Part shown: positions 26,131 through 60,944 of the stretch, one piece after another
How positions within the stretch are numbered: the stretch's first letter is position 1
Layout of the letters: every line of letters begins with the position of its first letter
Assembly: GCF_009914755.1 (NCBI RefSeq)
Contig: NC_060927.1
DNA from: the human T2T-CHM13v2.0 reference genome, Homo sapiens
Strand: one strand, 5' to 3'
Length of the DNA: 64,000 nucleotides
Translations under genes and position numbers: made by a program
The notes under the pieces: generated by a model
Seen by the model: only the letters and a program-made list of their open reading frames with translations
Told to the model about the DNA's origin: nothing
Database searches by the model: none

Positions 26131-26789
26131 CCATGTTTTTAAATTACACAGATGTATAAAGGTCATCTGATTATGTAGTAAACCAGTTAATTGGAGTATG
26201 TAGTAATCTAATTGTCAGACACCTGAAGTCTGAACCAGTGATGATGTTACTGCCATATATATGACAGTACATTGTGTACACACAAACCCACATATAGACA
26301 TTCATATGTCATCTACAGGAAGCAACATGGCATCATAGAGCATGTCTCACATAGCTAAATCCTAATAGCAGTTATATAAAACAAAAAGTGCTCCTGTGTA
26401 AACAACTTGGGGAAACTATACTATGTTTGCCTTTTGGAGATCCACAAGGCACAATAGCATAGTAAGGTCTACAGAGTCCCACAGTGAACAAACGAATTGG
26501 TTTCTTGCAGTATTTCCCAAACCTGCTTGACCACAGATTCTTTGGTTATGGAACTCTTGCTTCATCTCTAAAATGTTTCCCACCAAACAAAGTCTTGGGA
26601 AAGGTAGAAAAGGGGAAAAGAACAGAAACATGATTTGGCACCAGAAGACCTGCATCTGACTCACATTTATTAACTATGTGGCCCACGCAAGATACTTAAA
26701 GGCATATCTTTGAGCATCGGTGGAAGCAAGGGGCAATGGCAATTCCTGGAGGTTTCTCAGCAGTAAAGTGAAGATATGAAAAAAGTCTT

Positions 26790-29072
<2,283 letters not shown>

Positions 29073-29085
29073 AGCTACAGTTATT

Positions 29086-33849
<4,764 letters not shown>

Positions 33850-33862
33850 AGCTACAGTTATT

Positions 33863-34850
33863 AAGACTGTGTAGTACTGGCACAAGGATAGAGACATATA
33901 GCAATGGAAGAGATGTGAGAATCCAGAAACAGACCATGCATGTGTGGGCACTGATTTATGACAATGGTGACACTGTGGAGCAGTGGAGAGAGGTCTCATC
34001 AATAAATGATGCTGGGAAAATTGGTTATCCATATAAGAAAAATAAACTTTACCTTATCTCATCATGAAAATCAAATCCAGATGTGCTGTGTATCTAAATG
34101 AGAAATGTAAAACAATGAAACTTTACAAAGATAAGATAGGACAATAGCTTTATGACTTCGAGGGTAGTGAGAGTTTTTTATATAGCCCACAAATCCTGCT
34201 AAACATAAAGGAGAAGACTACACTAAAATTTAGGACTTCAGTTCATCAAAAGATACCATAAAGAGAGAAGGAAAGGTGAAGTGACAAAATGGACGAAGAT
34301 CCTTGACACATAAAGTCAATAAAAGACTCCTCCAGGTCAGTATGAAAAAGGCAAGCAACCCATAGAAAGCTGAGCAAAGGTCTTGAATGGACACTTCATA
34401 AATTATGACATCCAAATGTCTAATAAACATACTAAAACATATAAAAGGTGATCAGTCTCAGTAAGAGGAGTGATGAAATGTCAAATCACAGGAAGATGTC
34501 ATTAAATACCCATCAGAACAGCTGAAGTTAGAGAATCTGACACTATCAAATATTGGTGAAGATGTGGAACTATAAGAACTGCTCAACATTGCTGGTGGGA
34601 GTATGACATTCGTACAACCACTATGGAAAACAGTGAGGAATTACATAGTAGAGTTGAAGATACTCTTAGTTTATGATCCAGCAATTTATTTCTTAGATAT
34701 ATACCCCAAATAAATGTATAACTGTACTCAGGGATAGATAAAAGAATGCTTACTAACAGCGTATAATAAGTGTGGTTTATTCATATACTGGAATATTATA
34801 CAACAATGGAAATGAAGTAATTATGTTATACGCAACAACCAGGATTAAAA
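33863..34850 (+). mobile_element. Ancient L1 (L1M) ORF2/3' remnant, right part
   Basis: Continues aagctacagttattaagactgtgtagtactggcac across the L1PA3 insertion. Confidence 0.85.
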
Positions 34851-34894
34851 AAAGAGTTTATCCTTAGCCTAGAAATTAATTTTTACTTAATTTT

Positions 34895-35470
34895 TTTTTT
34901 TAGTACTTAGTATGTGCCACACTTTGTTCTAAGTGTTGGGGATACAGTAGTGGACAAAAGAAAGTCCCTGCTTGAGTAGAATTTAGATTTTAGTGACATA
35001 ATACAAACAGTGAATCAATAAATATATAACATGTCTGATGATAGAGAGGGAAATACAGGGTAAGAAAATAGAGATTGTCTAGTGCAGCAGTAGGAGGATC
35101 TCTGGGGATTGATATTTTATATATATGGGAATATATATTTTATATATAGGGATATACTCTCTAATCAGTTCATTGACATTTAAGCAGAGACTTTAAGGAA
35201 GTGAGGGGGTAGGTCATGTAGCTATCTGTGGGAAGAGCATTCTGGGCTGAAGGAACATCAAATGCAAAGGCATTGAGGCAGAATGTGCCTGGTTTGTTGG
35301 AGAAAGAACAATAAGATTAGGGTTGCCGATGGGTTGTAAGCAAGGGGTGAGTGGTTGGAGATGAGCTTGGAGTCATTGTGTAGGGCTTTGCAGACCATTG
35401 TAAGACAATTTGGCTTTAAAAAATTGAGAGGAGATGCTATTAGAAGATTGTGAGCAGAGGAGTTAACAGG
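34895..35470 (-). mobile_element. L2a
   Basis: tatgtgccacactttgttctaagtgttggggatacagtagtggacaaaa...gggaagagcattctggg. Confidence 0.8.
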
Positions 35471-35744
35471 GTCTGTCTAGCTATGTTCACACAAAAACCT
35501 GTACATGAATGTTTATAGCTACTTTATTTGCAATAGTCAAGAACTAGGATCGTTCCAGATGTCCTTCAATAGGACATCTATAGTCTCAGCTGCTTAGGAG
35601 GCTGAGGGAGAATTGCTTGAGCCAAGGAGTTCAAGAACCTAGGCACATTGCAAGACAAAAATAAATGAACCAAACAAAAAAAATATGAAAGGTTAAATTG
35701 TGGTACACATGTGCCATGCAATCCAATAAAAAGCAACGAATTAA

Positions 35745-36047
<303 letters not shown>

Positions 36048-36257
36048 AAAGCAATGAATTGATACTCACAGAAACTTGGATGAATCTCTAGGATTTATGC
36101 TCAATAATAAAAGCCAAATCCCCAACTTTTTATTTGGGTGGAGACCACATATTCATTTTATAGTATTTTATTAAATCATACACTGATCTTTAAGTATTTT
36201 TTGAATGAGTTACATTTAACAATGAAATGTTTTTAAAAGTTCTAGCATTTTAGAACA

Positions 36258-36376
36258 CAGTTATATGTTGCTTAATGATGAGGATACAGTCTGAGAAATG
36301 CATTGTTAGGTGATTTCACCATTGTATCAACATGATACAGTATACTTACACAAACCTAGATGCCATAGCCTATTGC
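36258..36376 (-). mobile_element. Tigger3b-like, terminal fragment
   Basis: TIR cagttatatgttgcttaatga...cttacacaaacctagatg, reverse complement of about 2900-3010. Confidence 0.8.
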
Positions 36377-36379
36377 AAT

Positions 36380-42262
<5,883 letters not shown>

Positions 42263-42329
42263 TATTTGGTTGGCTGAGCCAGGTGGATTATAGGAAGTGA
42301 GAGGCTGAAGGGGGGACCAGGGGATTTTG

Positions 42330-42480
42330 AACACAATTGATCCCCACAACACCCCTTCAAGTTGGACATTGACATGCCTGTTTTATCGGTGAATTAACTG
42401 AGACTCCAAGAGGTTGTCACTTATCTGAGTTCACACAGTTAGTTTGTGGCTGAACCAGAATTAGAAACAAGATATAGGTC
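42330..42480 (-). mobile_element. MIR SINE
   Basis: aactgagactccaagaggttgtcacttatctgagttcacacagttagt. Confidence 0.7.
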
Positions 42481-42824
42481 TGTCCTGCTAAATGATACAA
42501 CCCCCGCTCCGACCCCCGAAGCCTTCATTCACAAATACTCTACTCTTTGCCAGTAGCACATTGATGATTGCCAGAAATGCTATGGCTTGAATGGACTCAT
42601 CTCCTGCTGTTGGGGTCTGACAGTGAGGTAGTTGTCTGTAGTGTTTGGGCTCTGCAGAGGCTCTGCCAGCTCTCTTCTGCCAGGTCTGTGCTGGCTTCAG
42701 CTTCTGTTGTATGGCAGGGAGATCGCTCCACCTCCTTTCTCCTATTTCTGATGTTGAAGCATCTTCCAATGCCTGTAGAGCCCCCGATTTACAGCATCTC
42801 TTGTTTTGGAGATTCAACCCAGGC

Positions 42825-43179
42825 CACGTGTTTATAAATAGCTTCATGGCAGGTGGCGCCCTGCTGGCTGGTGGGGCCTGCCTGGAGAGGATTATACCTG
42901 TACTTTCAACAGTGGCTTCCTTGCCCAGCAAAGCCCTCCACACAAACCCCTGCCCCTTGGCCCTTCTGTTTGTTTTGCTTTGCACTGACCTGAAATGGAT
43001 ACCTTCACGGGTCCCTGCAGCGGGGCAGACAGTGGTTGGGACATGTAGGGACAATGGTTGTGCCCACCTGCAGGTCAAGGGTCAGGCTCAGCAGGGCAGC
43101 CCTGTCAGTTCTTCAAAAGCAGAGACCTCAGCCCTCCTGGGCTTTGCCCATGGATCAGTGACCAGCTGGCCTGCAGGTG
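42825..43179. promoter_or_regulatory. Candidate enhancer: E-boxes, MEF2 site and perfect DR1 element
   Basis: CACGTG 42825-42830, TTATAAATAG 42832-42841, AGGTCAaGGGTCA 43072-43084, further CANNTG at 43065, 43163 and 43174. Motif evidence only. Confidence 0.35.
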
Positions 43180-43573
43180 CGCCCAGCTATTGATGTCTCC
43201 ATGACCAGGATGGGGGTGGTGCTGGGCTATGTGTGGGTGGCTTACCTGGGGATTACAGTACAGCCACAGGTGTCTACTCAATGCCAAGGAAGAAAGGCTG
43301 GGCCGGGGCCTCACATGCGCAGAGTAGGGTGGGGGAGCAGGCAGGGGCACCCAAGAAAGAACATCCGCTCATCAGCTGTTCCTTGGCTAAATTTCATGGG
43401 ACCACTTGCTAATTCTTGGCCATGTTTTGAAAAGAACTTCTCGAAGATTACAAATTTGAATATATTCTTTTTATATCCCAATACAAAATGAATTCTATTA
43501 GATTTATAGTTAAATAAGTCAGTGCTCACCAAATGGTTCTTTTAGAAAAAGTGAAAGGAGGGCGTTGGAAGAG

Positions 43574-43574
<1 letters not shown>

Positions 43575-43609
<35 letters not shown>

Positions 43610-43620
43610 ATGTGTATGTG
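43575..43620. repeat. (TG)n microsatellite
   Basis: TG run with a degenerate right end. Confidence 0.93.
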
Positions 43621-44934
43621 TATTAGGTGGGGCTTGTGCTGAACAAAAATCCAACGTAGAAGGCCAATGGAGGGGCACTTTATCTATGAATTCACACAAG
43701 AAACATTCACTGCACCCCTACTACATGCCAGGATCACAGGAGTACAGAGAGCTTGCTGTTTATTCATTCATACTGCCAGTGGATCAACTAACCAACCAAC
43801 CAACCAAACAACACTTCCTGAGTGACTATTATGTCCCATATTCTGAACTGGGCACTAAATAAGTAAAAAAAAAAAACCCACAAAAAAAACCCCAAAACCA
43901 GACAGTTCCAGCCCTTCCTTCAAAGTCTCTCAGTCCTGTGGTTGAGACAGAAATATAAACGTAATTGTAAGTGGCTATAAAACAGCTTTATTAAGCCATA
44001 ACAGGGTGCCTGGGGAGGGGTGCCATGGAGTAAATTGTAATTGAAGTAGGTCTTAATGGGTTGCAGAGGAGTTTTCTGGGGGCACAGGGGGAGAAGGGAG
44101 CTCTAGGCAGACGTGTAAAGACAAGGGCATTTGGGGAGCTGCATACTGGTGGACAAAGTGAGAAGGGTCTCAGAGCAATGATGCAGCTGGAGGGTGAGGT
44201 TGGGAACATGGTCTGGGGCTGACTGTGTAGGGTTTGGTAAGCAGCTGTGCTAAAGTGTTTGGACTTTATCTGGAGGACAAGTGACAGCAGGGCTGGGTTT
44301 TAAGCACAGAAGCGACCTAAGAAGATTTGAATGTGGAAGGCTTACTTGGGCAGAGGCAGGGAGGAGGGTCTGGAGGGGACCTGACTGCAAGGGACTGAGA
44401 ATCATTGGGTGGTTTTAATACTAGAGGATGGAAAGCAGAAGTTCCCTAGAAATGGCCTGTTTCTAGACCCCTGGCTGAGGAGAGGTGGCAACACGACGGC
44501 CCATCAAGGTAATGAGAGGCAGACTTTGAAGGTGCAGGTTAAGGCTGTGTGGCTGTGTCCTGGGGTAGGCAGGCCCTGATGAGGATAAGTGTGTCTGCAG
44601 CTGGCAAAGTCTGTGGAGCATGAGTGGGTGACTCTGGACCCTTGAGCAAGCCCCAGCTGAGCCTGCTTCCTAGCATCCAGGCAGGACAGGAGGTATTGCC
44701 TAACTTTGGGGTCTCCAGAGGCTTGAGAAGCCCATGCCTCAGGAGGACCAGCCCATCCAGTCTGCCATTTGTTTCATTCAGTGAACATTAATTGAACACC
44801 TACTATATGCCAGATCCTTTTCTAGACACTGGGATCATGGGACAAGCAAGATGAACAGGTTTTCCACCCTCATGGACGGGCACTCTAGGAGGAAATTCAG
44901 ATAATTAAAAGAGTGATAGTGCTGATGCTAATGC

Positions 44935-45170
44935 TAACACTTCAGTGCTTACTATGAGCCAGGCACAGTTCTAAATACTTTATAAGAATTAACTTACTTA
45001 AGCCTCATAATTTAACCCTTTGAGGTACGTACTATTATTATACCCGTTTTACAGATGAAATAACTAAGGCACAGAGTAACTCTTCCATGTTCAAGCAGCT
45101 TTTAGGTTACAAGAGCTAAGATTTGAATGCAAATGTGTCCTGTGCCAGAGTTTGTGGTCTTAACTGTCAT
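44935..45170 (-). mobile_element. MIR SINE
   Basis: gtgcttactatgagccaggcacagttctaa...ccgttttacagatgaaataactaaggcacagag. Confidence 0.85.
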
Positions 45171-45189
45171 ATAACATTACCATTTCCTT

Positions 45190-45690
45190 GGGAATGGCTC
45201 CAGTATGAACCTCTCCAGGGTGCTTCAATAGCTTTAAGCTAATGCAAATTCCTTAGCCTGCCCCCTAGGCCCTCTGTGATCCAGAGGGAAGCCTCAACCC
45301 CACTCTGCTCCTCTTCGCTGTCTGCCCACCACCATTCTCTTCATGGCTCCCTACGCCTGCCATGCTGTCCCACACTGCCCTGCCTTTGTCCATACTTTTC
45401 TCTTGGGAGGGAGTAAGAGGCAAGTGGGTTCACTTTTCCAGGCCCAGCTCAAATGTCCTATCCCTTGAGGAAGCCCAGCTGACCTCTGCAGGCAAAGTGA
45501 TTCATTCCCTGAGCACCAGTGGTGTTGGTTCATCCCTTGATTAAAGCCCATTCTTACAGACATTATACAGACTTGCCTGTGCTTCTGTCTTCCCACTAAA
45601 CTGTCAGTTTTTTGGAGGCGAGACAGAGTCTAACTTATCTCCGTCCTGCACAGGTTTAAGTAAGGTGCCAAGCAGCACATAATACCAAAT
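45190..45690 (+). mobile_element. L2 3' region
   Basis: ccagctcaaatgtcctatcccttgaggaagcc...ttcccactaaactgtcag. Confidence 0.65.
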
Positions 45691-45997
45691 ACTAATTGCA
45701 GATTTAAATCAAACAACCAGCGATTTTCCTGAGTACCTACCATGTGCTCAGAAGGAATGACCACCCTATCTTCATAGACTTTATGCATATTAAATAACGG
45801 ATTAATTCTGCCACCTATTCCACTAAAGACTGTGGTTGATCAGCTCCTTGGGGGAAGGAAGTATGTCTATCTTAGAGATAAGGCAACTAAGGCAGAGAAA
45901 ACAAGTAATTTTCTCATGTTCACACAACTTATCTTCTTCACTTTTGAAGCATGTCTTGCTCCAAGGTGGCTAGCAGGTATTTGGCATACAGTAGGTA

Positions 45998-46039
<42 letters not shown>

Positions 46040-46569
46040 TAGAGAGGATAAATGAATCTACTTAAAAAGATAATTTAAAATATCTTTGGCGGATACTTGG
46101 AAAAAATATCTAAATTAAGTTGGAAAATGAGTCCAAAAATTCCAAAGTAAGTTGGAAAGCTCACTTTGGCAGAAGTCTGGAGGATAGAATGATAGAATGG
46201 GTGGGGCCACAAAATGCAAAGGGATTGGGATTACTGGCTTGTTTGAACTCCAGATAACAGAACAGTGAAGGTTTTCCTTGATAGAAGACAGGGCCATGGC
46301 TTTGGGAGGACTGAAGAGGTAACGGGGGCTTCCCGGGAAGTTCCTCAGGTGGGCTCTGATGTTAGGTTGAGAAAAGGCAGGAAGGATGCTCAAAACCCTC
46401 CCAGCTCTGGCTGGGCCATGCACCCAGATTCTCTTTCCTCTGTTCCCTGAGGGTAGCAGACATGTTTTTGTGCCACACCCAAATCCCTTGGGCCTTTTCA
46501 TCTCAATGTACTCCAGCTGATTTTCAACTCCCGCTTACTCAGGAGAACAACAGACAAGATCTAGGAATA

Positions 46570-47035
46570 GCAACAAGGCTGGCAGGAGAGAAAGTGGAAA
46601 CAGATAATGTCCAGGCTAGCAGGGGCCATATACCTTGTAGATCAAGAGTAGGGCTTTGAGTTTTACTCTGAGATGGAAATGCGGGAGGGGGGTGTGAGCA
46701 GAGAGGAGTGATTGATGGGATTATGTGCTGCTGTGTGGATTCACACTGTAGCAGTCAATGGTGGAAGTGAGGACACCTGGTAGTGGGGTGGGGCGGGGGC
46801 TTTGTTGTGATTCAGGTGAGAAGGCTTGGTGCTTGGGCCAGTGTGGAGTGATTGAGGTGATGAGAAAAGTGGTTACAGTCTGGATGAATTTAGAAGAGAG
46901 CCCACAGGATTGAATGATTCCAAGGTTTTGGGCTTGAACAAGTGAAAGAATGAAGAGGTCATTAACTAAAATGAAAAGACAATGGAAACCACAGGTTTAG
47001 GGCTACTTTGGACATGTTAAATTTGAGATGCCAGT
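46570..47035 (-). mobile_element. L2a fragment
   Basis: atgattccaaggttttgggcttgaacaagtgaaagaat...ttggacatgttaaatttgagatgcc. Confidence 0.75.
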
Positions 47036-47940
47036 CACCAAATCCTGACAACTTCCTGCTAGGCATTATTACCTACTTTTAACCAACAAGGAACCTGGAA
47101 TCCATGGAAGAGAAGCTGCTTCCCTGAAGTTACACAGCTAGGGAGTGGTGGGGATGGGACGTTTTACGCCTGCTTCATGCCAAAGCCCCTGCACCAGCTA
47201 CTATGTTTTTCCTATCTTGTGGGAAGCTGGCTTTCCTCATGTTTGTCCTAAACTTCCTTCCCTCTCTCAAGCCACTTCTCCTACTCCCAGAGCCCCCACA
47301 TTACGGACAGCCCCCTTCTTACAGTACTACTTTTAGTCTCACCCATTCCTCAGTGGCTTTACCCATCATAACTGTGAGTTTGAGACTCCATGGTGGAGAG
47401 TCATTTCTGTTATTTTATGTGCCTATGGTTGTTTTGTCTGTTTTTCTCCAACTTATTATTGGTCATGGATTTCTTGTCTTTGGTTCCTGGTTTTAGCTCA
47501 AGAACCCACTATAATGTTAATATCGTTCCTCGGGGAAAGGCCATTTTAACTTCACTAGTCTGTTTTTAACCAGTTTCCAGGAATGCCCCATGGACAAATG
47601 AAGGGCATAGGGGAAGAGGTGTCAAGCCTGTATGCCCCTTTGCCACCTGTTGGCCTCTGCAGAGACTTGATTCTCCCTCTATCTCTGTATAAAAGGGCTC
47701 AGCTATTCTGTCTGGATCTAGAGGCTTTCAAGTCTAAATGTCTTAGTGATGGGAAACAGAAAAAGTGTTAAATGGCTCACCTGCTAGTACTCAATGATAG
47801 TTACAGAAATCCTCCTGTGTGTGGCTATTAGATGGATTGCTGAGTTGATGAGAGGAGGAACTCTGGGACCTGTGCCTCTGGGAAAGCAGAATCTTTCAGA
47901 AGACTGGAAGAGAAAATCTGAAGGCAGCAAATCTCAGGTG

Positions 47941-48539
47941 TGTAAACTAAAAGGTATCTGAGACAGGTCTCAATCAATTTAGAAAGTTTATTTTGCCAAA
48001 GTTAAGAACATGCTCATGACACAGTCTCAGGAGGTCCTGATGACACGTGCCCAAGGTGGTCAGGGTAGAGCTTTCTTTTATACATTTTAGGGAGACATAA
48101 GACATCAATCAATATGTGTAAGATATACATTGGTTCAGTCCGGTAAGGCTAGACAGCTTGAGGCAGGGGGTTCCAGGTCATAAATGGATAAGAGACTAAA
48201 GTTATATTCTTCTGAGTCCTTGATCAGCCTTCCACTAAAAACACGATTTAGTCTGTCTCAGTGAATCTGCACTTTTACATAAACAATAGGGCAGAGGAAG
48301 CAATCAGATATGCATTTGTCTCAGGTGAGGCACAGAGGGATGATCTTGAGTTCTGTCTGTCCTTTGTCCACAAGGATTTTCCTTGTGGGCAAATTGTGAG
48401 GGAGGTACGTAGCTTCTTAACTCTGTAGCTATCTTATTTAGGAATAAAATGGGAGGCAGATTTGCCTGACACAGTTCCCAGCTTGACTTTTCCCTTGGCT
48501 TAGTGATTTTGGGGTCCTGAGATTTATTTTCTTTTCATA
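47941..48539 (-). mobile_element. MER4A1-like solo LTR (ERV1)
   Basis: tgtaaactaaaaggtatctgagacaggtctcaatc...cagttcccagcttgacttttccc...tttattttcttttcata; perfect 4 bp TSD GGTG (47937-47940 and 48540-48543). Confidence 0.9.
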
Positions 48540-48941
48540 GGTGCTAGAACATAAAGTGAGGACTGAGAAGCTGGAAAAGAGAGATGGCTGATGCTGAGTG
48601 CTCAGAGGTGGCTTCTGGAAGAAAAAGACTTGAGCTGAGATGGTTCAAACAGGCAGGAGTGAAGGCATTCCAGGCTGGGAGCAGAGTATGAGCAAAGGCA
48701 GGGAGATTCCTGGCAGTGACTGTAAGTCCTGAAAACGGCTGTGACAGTCTTCCCAGTGAATGGCAGCAGCTCCAGAGTTTGCACACGGGAGGGATTCGGG
48801 GGCAATTTTGATGAAGGGGAATGTGTTTTTATAGCACACACACAGTTTCTTCTTGGACTGTGTGCTGACTGGAAGTAGGAAATAGGGGGAGAGGGTAGAG
48901 CAATCTGATGTAGATGAGGGTGGAGGCAAGGGCCACCACAA

Positions 48942-49102
48942 TTCACTCTGTGGTGGCATTGAAACACACACTGTGTGTGTATCCACAATTCAGTGATTGC
49001 ACACTTAAAAATTAATTGTAAAACTTTAATAACACACACACACACACACTTGCACACACACACACACACACACAGTGTGTTTCAATGCCACTACAGAGTG
49101 AA
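48942..49102. repeat. Local inverted repeat (39 and 37 bp arms, 85 nt spacer with (CA)n)
   Basis: ttcactctgtggtggcattgaaacacacactgtgtgtgt versus acacacacagtgtgtttcaatgccactacagagtgaa: one mismatch and one 2 nt indel. Confidence 0.92.
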
Positions 49103-49109
49103 CCGGATC

Positions 49110-50810
<1,701 letters not shown>

Positions 50811-50829
50811 TAAATTATTACCATCAGGA

Positions 50830-51965
50830 AAGACTAAACAATTCCTATATTCTCCATTGGCTAAGGATAAAATGCAGTTGCAAAAAAATTCTAACAGTTT
50901 TGGAAACATTAACTGATGGAAGAGAACTGACACATGCAAATGAACCAAGAGCTTCAATTATGTATACTTAGTTCCCCTGATCAACTCTCTTCATCCAGCT
51001 CCCTAACTGTATTTTTATGACAGCAATCATGGCAGTAAAATCATTTCTCAGTTTGCCTTGCAGTTGTTGATTAAGAGTATTGAGCCTTGACAAAAATATT
51101 CTAAACAAAACATCTCTGTGAGCCACTCATTGACATTTTGGTGAAAAATGACTTTATTCACCTTAATGAGTCTTCTGCTCTTAGTCATAGCACTGTTGAT
51201 ATTTTCCTCTGTGTTCTGTGGAATACTGTGTTGGTGGAAAAAAAGATATTTTCCTCTACACCAGTCTCAAGTTTGAAAACCTAGAGAAGCATCTTATTAA
51301 GATAGCACACGTCTGTGTGGTAAAGCAAGCTTTCAGAACAACTTCTCATATTATTAAAAACTGGCCCTAAGTGACAAGAGTTTAAATGCTAAGTTTTCTA
51401 TACTACATTTAAATGAAAAGTTTACCACTTCGAACTCAAGAGCAGATCTTTCACAGTGAGGTATGTTTCATGTGTGTGGCAGGTTCCAAGAACATCATTG
51501 TGTGCAAACAGTGGTTCACATTTTCTGCCATTTTCCCCATCAGAGATTTGGCTCACCTGTGCTGGGAGTCTGTGCCGTTTCTTCCCAGTTGATGCTGATC
51601 TTTTCAAATTTACACATTTTGTGAAAATATCTTCACCTATTGTTTTACCAACAATCACTTTATAAATTGACATGACTTCATAGACACTAGAGTTATGGTG
51701 AACAAAGACTGGTAAAAGGGCCAAATCATTAATATGTGTGTTTTTATAACCATGGTCTCCCCTCAGTTCTTAAGTCTGTCTTTTTTAACCCATTAAAACA
51801 CACTGGTAAGCAGTGTAGTTCAGTGAGGGCACCCTTTCTGGTTGCGTGGTCTCTTTTGATGCAAATAGAGATGTGGTCCTATATACAGTGAAGCTTCTCA
51901 CCCACTTCATTTTTTCTATTCAAGCTCCAACTTCTGGAACATTTCTGAAACAGACTCAAAACTTT
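50830..51965 (-). mobile_element. hAT-Charlie/Buster DNA transposon fossil (transposase remnant)
   Basis: Minus-strand translation gives INDLALLPVFVH, KTIGEDIF and ESLLYHTDVC (LLYHTDV at 51308-51328), resembling Buster motifs QLLVFVRY, TTGEDIF and LLYHTEVRW in the same order. Confidence 0.7.
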
Positions 51966-51989
51966 AGGAGAACTTTTCATTCTTTTTCT

Positions 51990-58428
<6,439 letters not shown>

Positions 58429-58520
58429 TGATTTGGTTTTTCATTTTCTTTGATTTGGTTTTTCATTTTATTGCCCTTAATTGAGTCTTCTCTATTTTAT
58501 GTTGTCAAATTATTTTGTGA

Positions 58521-58872
<352 letters not shown>

Positions 58873-60485
58873 TGAATGTCACTGCAGTAGAGATGGTTCA
58901 TACCATTATTTTATATGCTTTATCTGAATTAAATAAAACCCACCTCCGCTCACTCCATGCTATTTTAGAGGGGGCTGCCCACTACCAGTTCACTACATGT
59001 GGCTTGGGCAAAGCTCTGGCTCTTGTAGCTGTTATGGTCACATGGTGGACTTCCAAGTCAACAACACATCTGTCACAGTCCCTATGAATCACTGCTATTC
59101 TGAATTTGCCTCAATAGCTTCATATTTTCACTGGTTACAGACTTGTGCTTGAGACGTCCTATTCATAATCGCTGATCCATGTTCCAAGTTGAAAACATAA
59201 TGTTAAAATTACTATACTGTAAAAGGGAAATTAAAAATAACTCAAAACCCCAGAACTTCTGGTTTCTTTGTGTTTGAGAACAGTTTGCTGTGGTGGAAAG
59301 TGGAAAAATGCCCAGTGATTTATAAACACAACATGTGATCGGGGGAACAATAGCAGGCAGCTGAAGAGATCTGGGAGGCCCGTGGGTTTTTATGTAGTAA
59401 AAGTGAAAATAAAACTGGTTTCTAAGTTGGCAAACTCCTTTTTCAGATCATTTCAGGGAATTGCTGAGAAAACATATGCCCTGCCCTGCCCAGCCCTAGC
59501 CTGTGGCTGACACATTGGCCAAATTTATTTTTGCTGCAGTTGCACGCTTGTTTGCTTTAGAAGGCGTCTGCTTTCTCCGTAACTGAGAGAACGGAATTGT
59601 TCCATGTGTAGCTGCACATACCACTTTATTGTCTAATCTTTGGAAAAAATGACATACATCAACAGAAATCAGTGGGATTTTACTGATTCTACTTGCATAT
59701 ATAACATGAACCCTTTATAAATTTCTAATATGAACCCTATTTTGGAATTTGCTGAAAACATATTTTCAAAATTATAAAGATAATAATACTCACTGTTAAA
59801 GCTCAAACAATACAGAACTCTATAAATGGAAAATTTAAAATTCCTGTCTCTCCCCACACTCACTACCCTTACCTCTCCTACCACCCTCCGATTCCACTCC
59901 CTAGGATTAACAACTATTAACAACTTGCTATTTATTTTTCCAGATCTTTCTTTCTCTTTCTGTCTTTCTAATGGCACATATAAACACATGCAAATATGTC
60001 ATTTTTAACTTAAATATAGGATGATATTATTTTGCAACTTGCTCTTTTTCACCCAGCAATATGTCTCAGACAATTCTTTTTATTATCTCATTTATATCAA
60101 TGTACCATAATTTAATCATTACTTTATTCATTTACACTTATTTCCAAGTTTCCACTATTATAAAAAAAAATTCCCCATTGAACATACTTTGTATATATAT
60201 CGTTGTGTACTTTTGTGTATTGTTTTGTGGAGCAGAGTGAAATTGCTGGGGCAGTGGGCTTGTACATTTAAAAAGCAGATGAATGCCACCAGATTGTCTT
60301 CTAAAATTGTATTTATTTATGTCCCCATGAACAAAGAATGAGAACATCCTTCTACCCAAACGCTTGCCATCTGTAGTTACCATCCATCTTTAAAATCTTC
60401 CCAATCTGATAAAAGAAAATGATATTTTGTTATTTTAATTTGCTTGTTCATTCAGAAGGCTGAATATATTTTCATATGTTTATTA

Positions 60486-60635
60486 GTAGTGGTTCTCAAC
60501 AGGGGATGATTTTATACCCAGGGGACATTTGGCAATTGTCTGGAGACATTTTTTGATTGTTACAACTGGCTGGAGGGGCTGATGGTAGTGATGATGGGGA
60601 TGGTGCTTTCAATAGTGCACAGACTCAAAAATCCT
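60486..60635. mobile_element. MER20 (hAT-Charlie MITE) inside L1ME-like fragments (59750-60900)
   Basis: agtggttctcaacagggg...ccaggggacatttggcaattgtctggagacattttt. Confidence 0.8.
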
Positions 60636-60944
60636 GTTTTATTAGCTATTTGTGTTTTTTCTGTGAATTGCTTGTTGATTTTTTTTTTGGTTGGGAAGTC
60701 TTCATATTTTAGAGATGTTTTCCTTTGTTTATAGTATGTATTACCAACATTTTCCCCATCTGATATTCTGTTTTTGATGTGCTAGAGAATTTACAATTTT
60801 TAAAGTAGACATATCTACTTGTCTTTTTCTTTTACACTGATGTTTGCTTTATTCTAATTATAAGAGTAATACATGGTTGTAACAGAAAATTTGGAAAATG
60901 CAGAGAAGTATAAAGAATCATCAGTATTTCTTCCTAGTTTTATT

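Noticed and set aside
42846-42859. CTCF-like ATGGCAGGTGGCGC
   Set aside because: Lacks the conserved 5' CC(A/G) of the core motif.
42488-43193. Overlapping 196 aa and 182 aa antisense ORFs
   Set aside because: Non-ATG starts, no homology and no exon boundaries.
48942-49102. Canonical pre-miRNA
   Set aside because: The 85 nt microsatellite-containing loop is too large; kept only as a rearrangement and hairpin finding.
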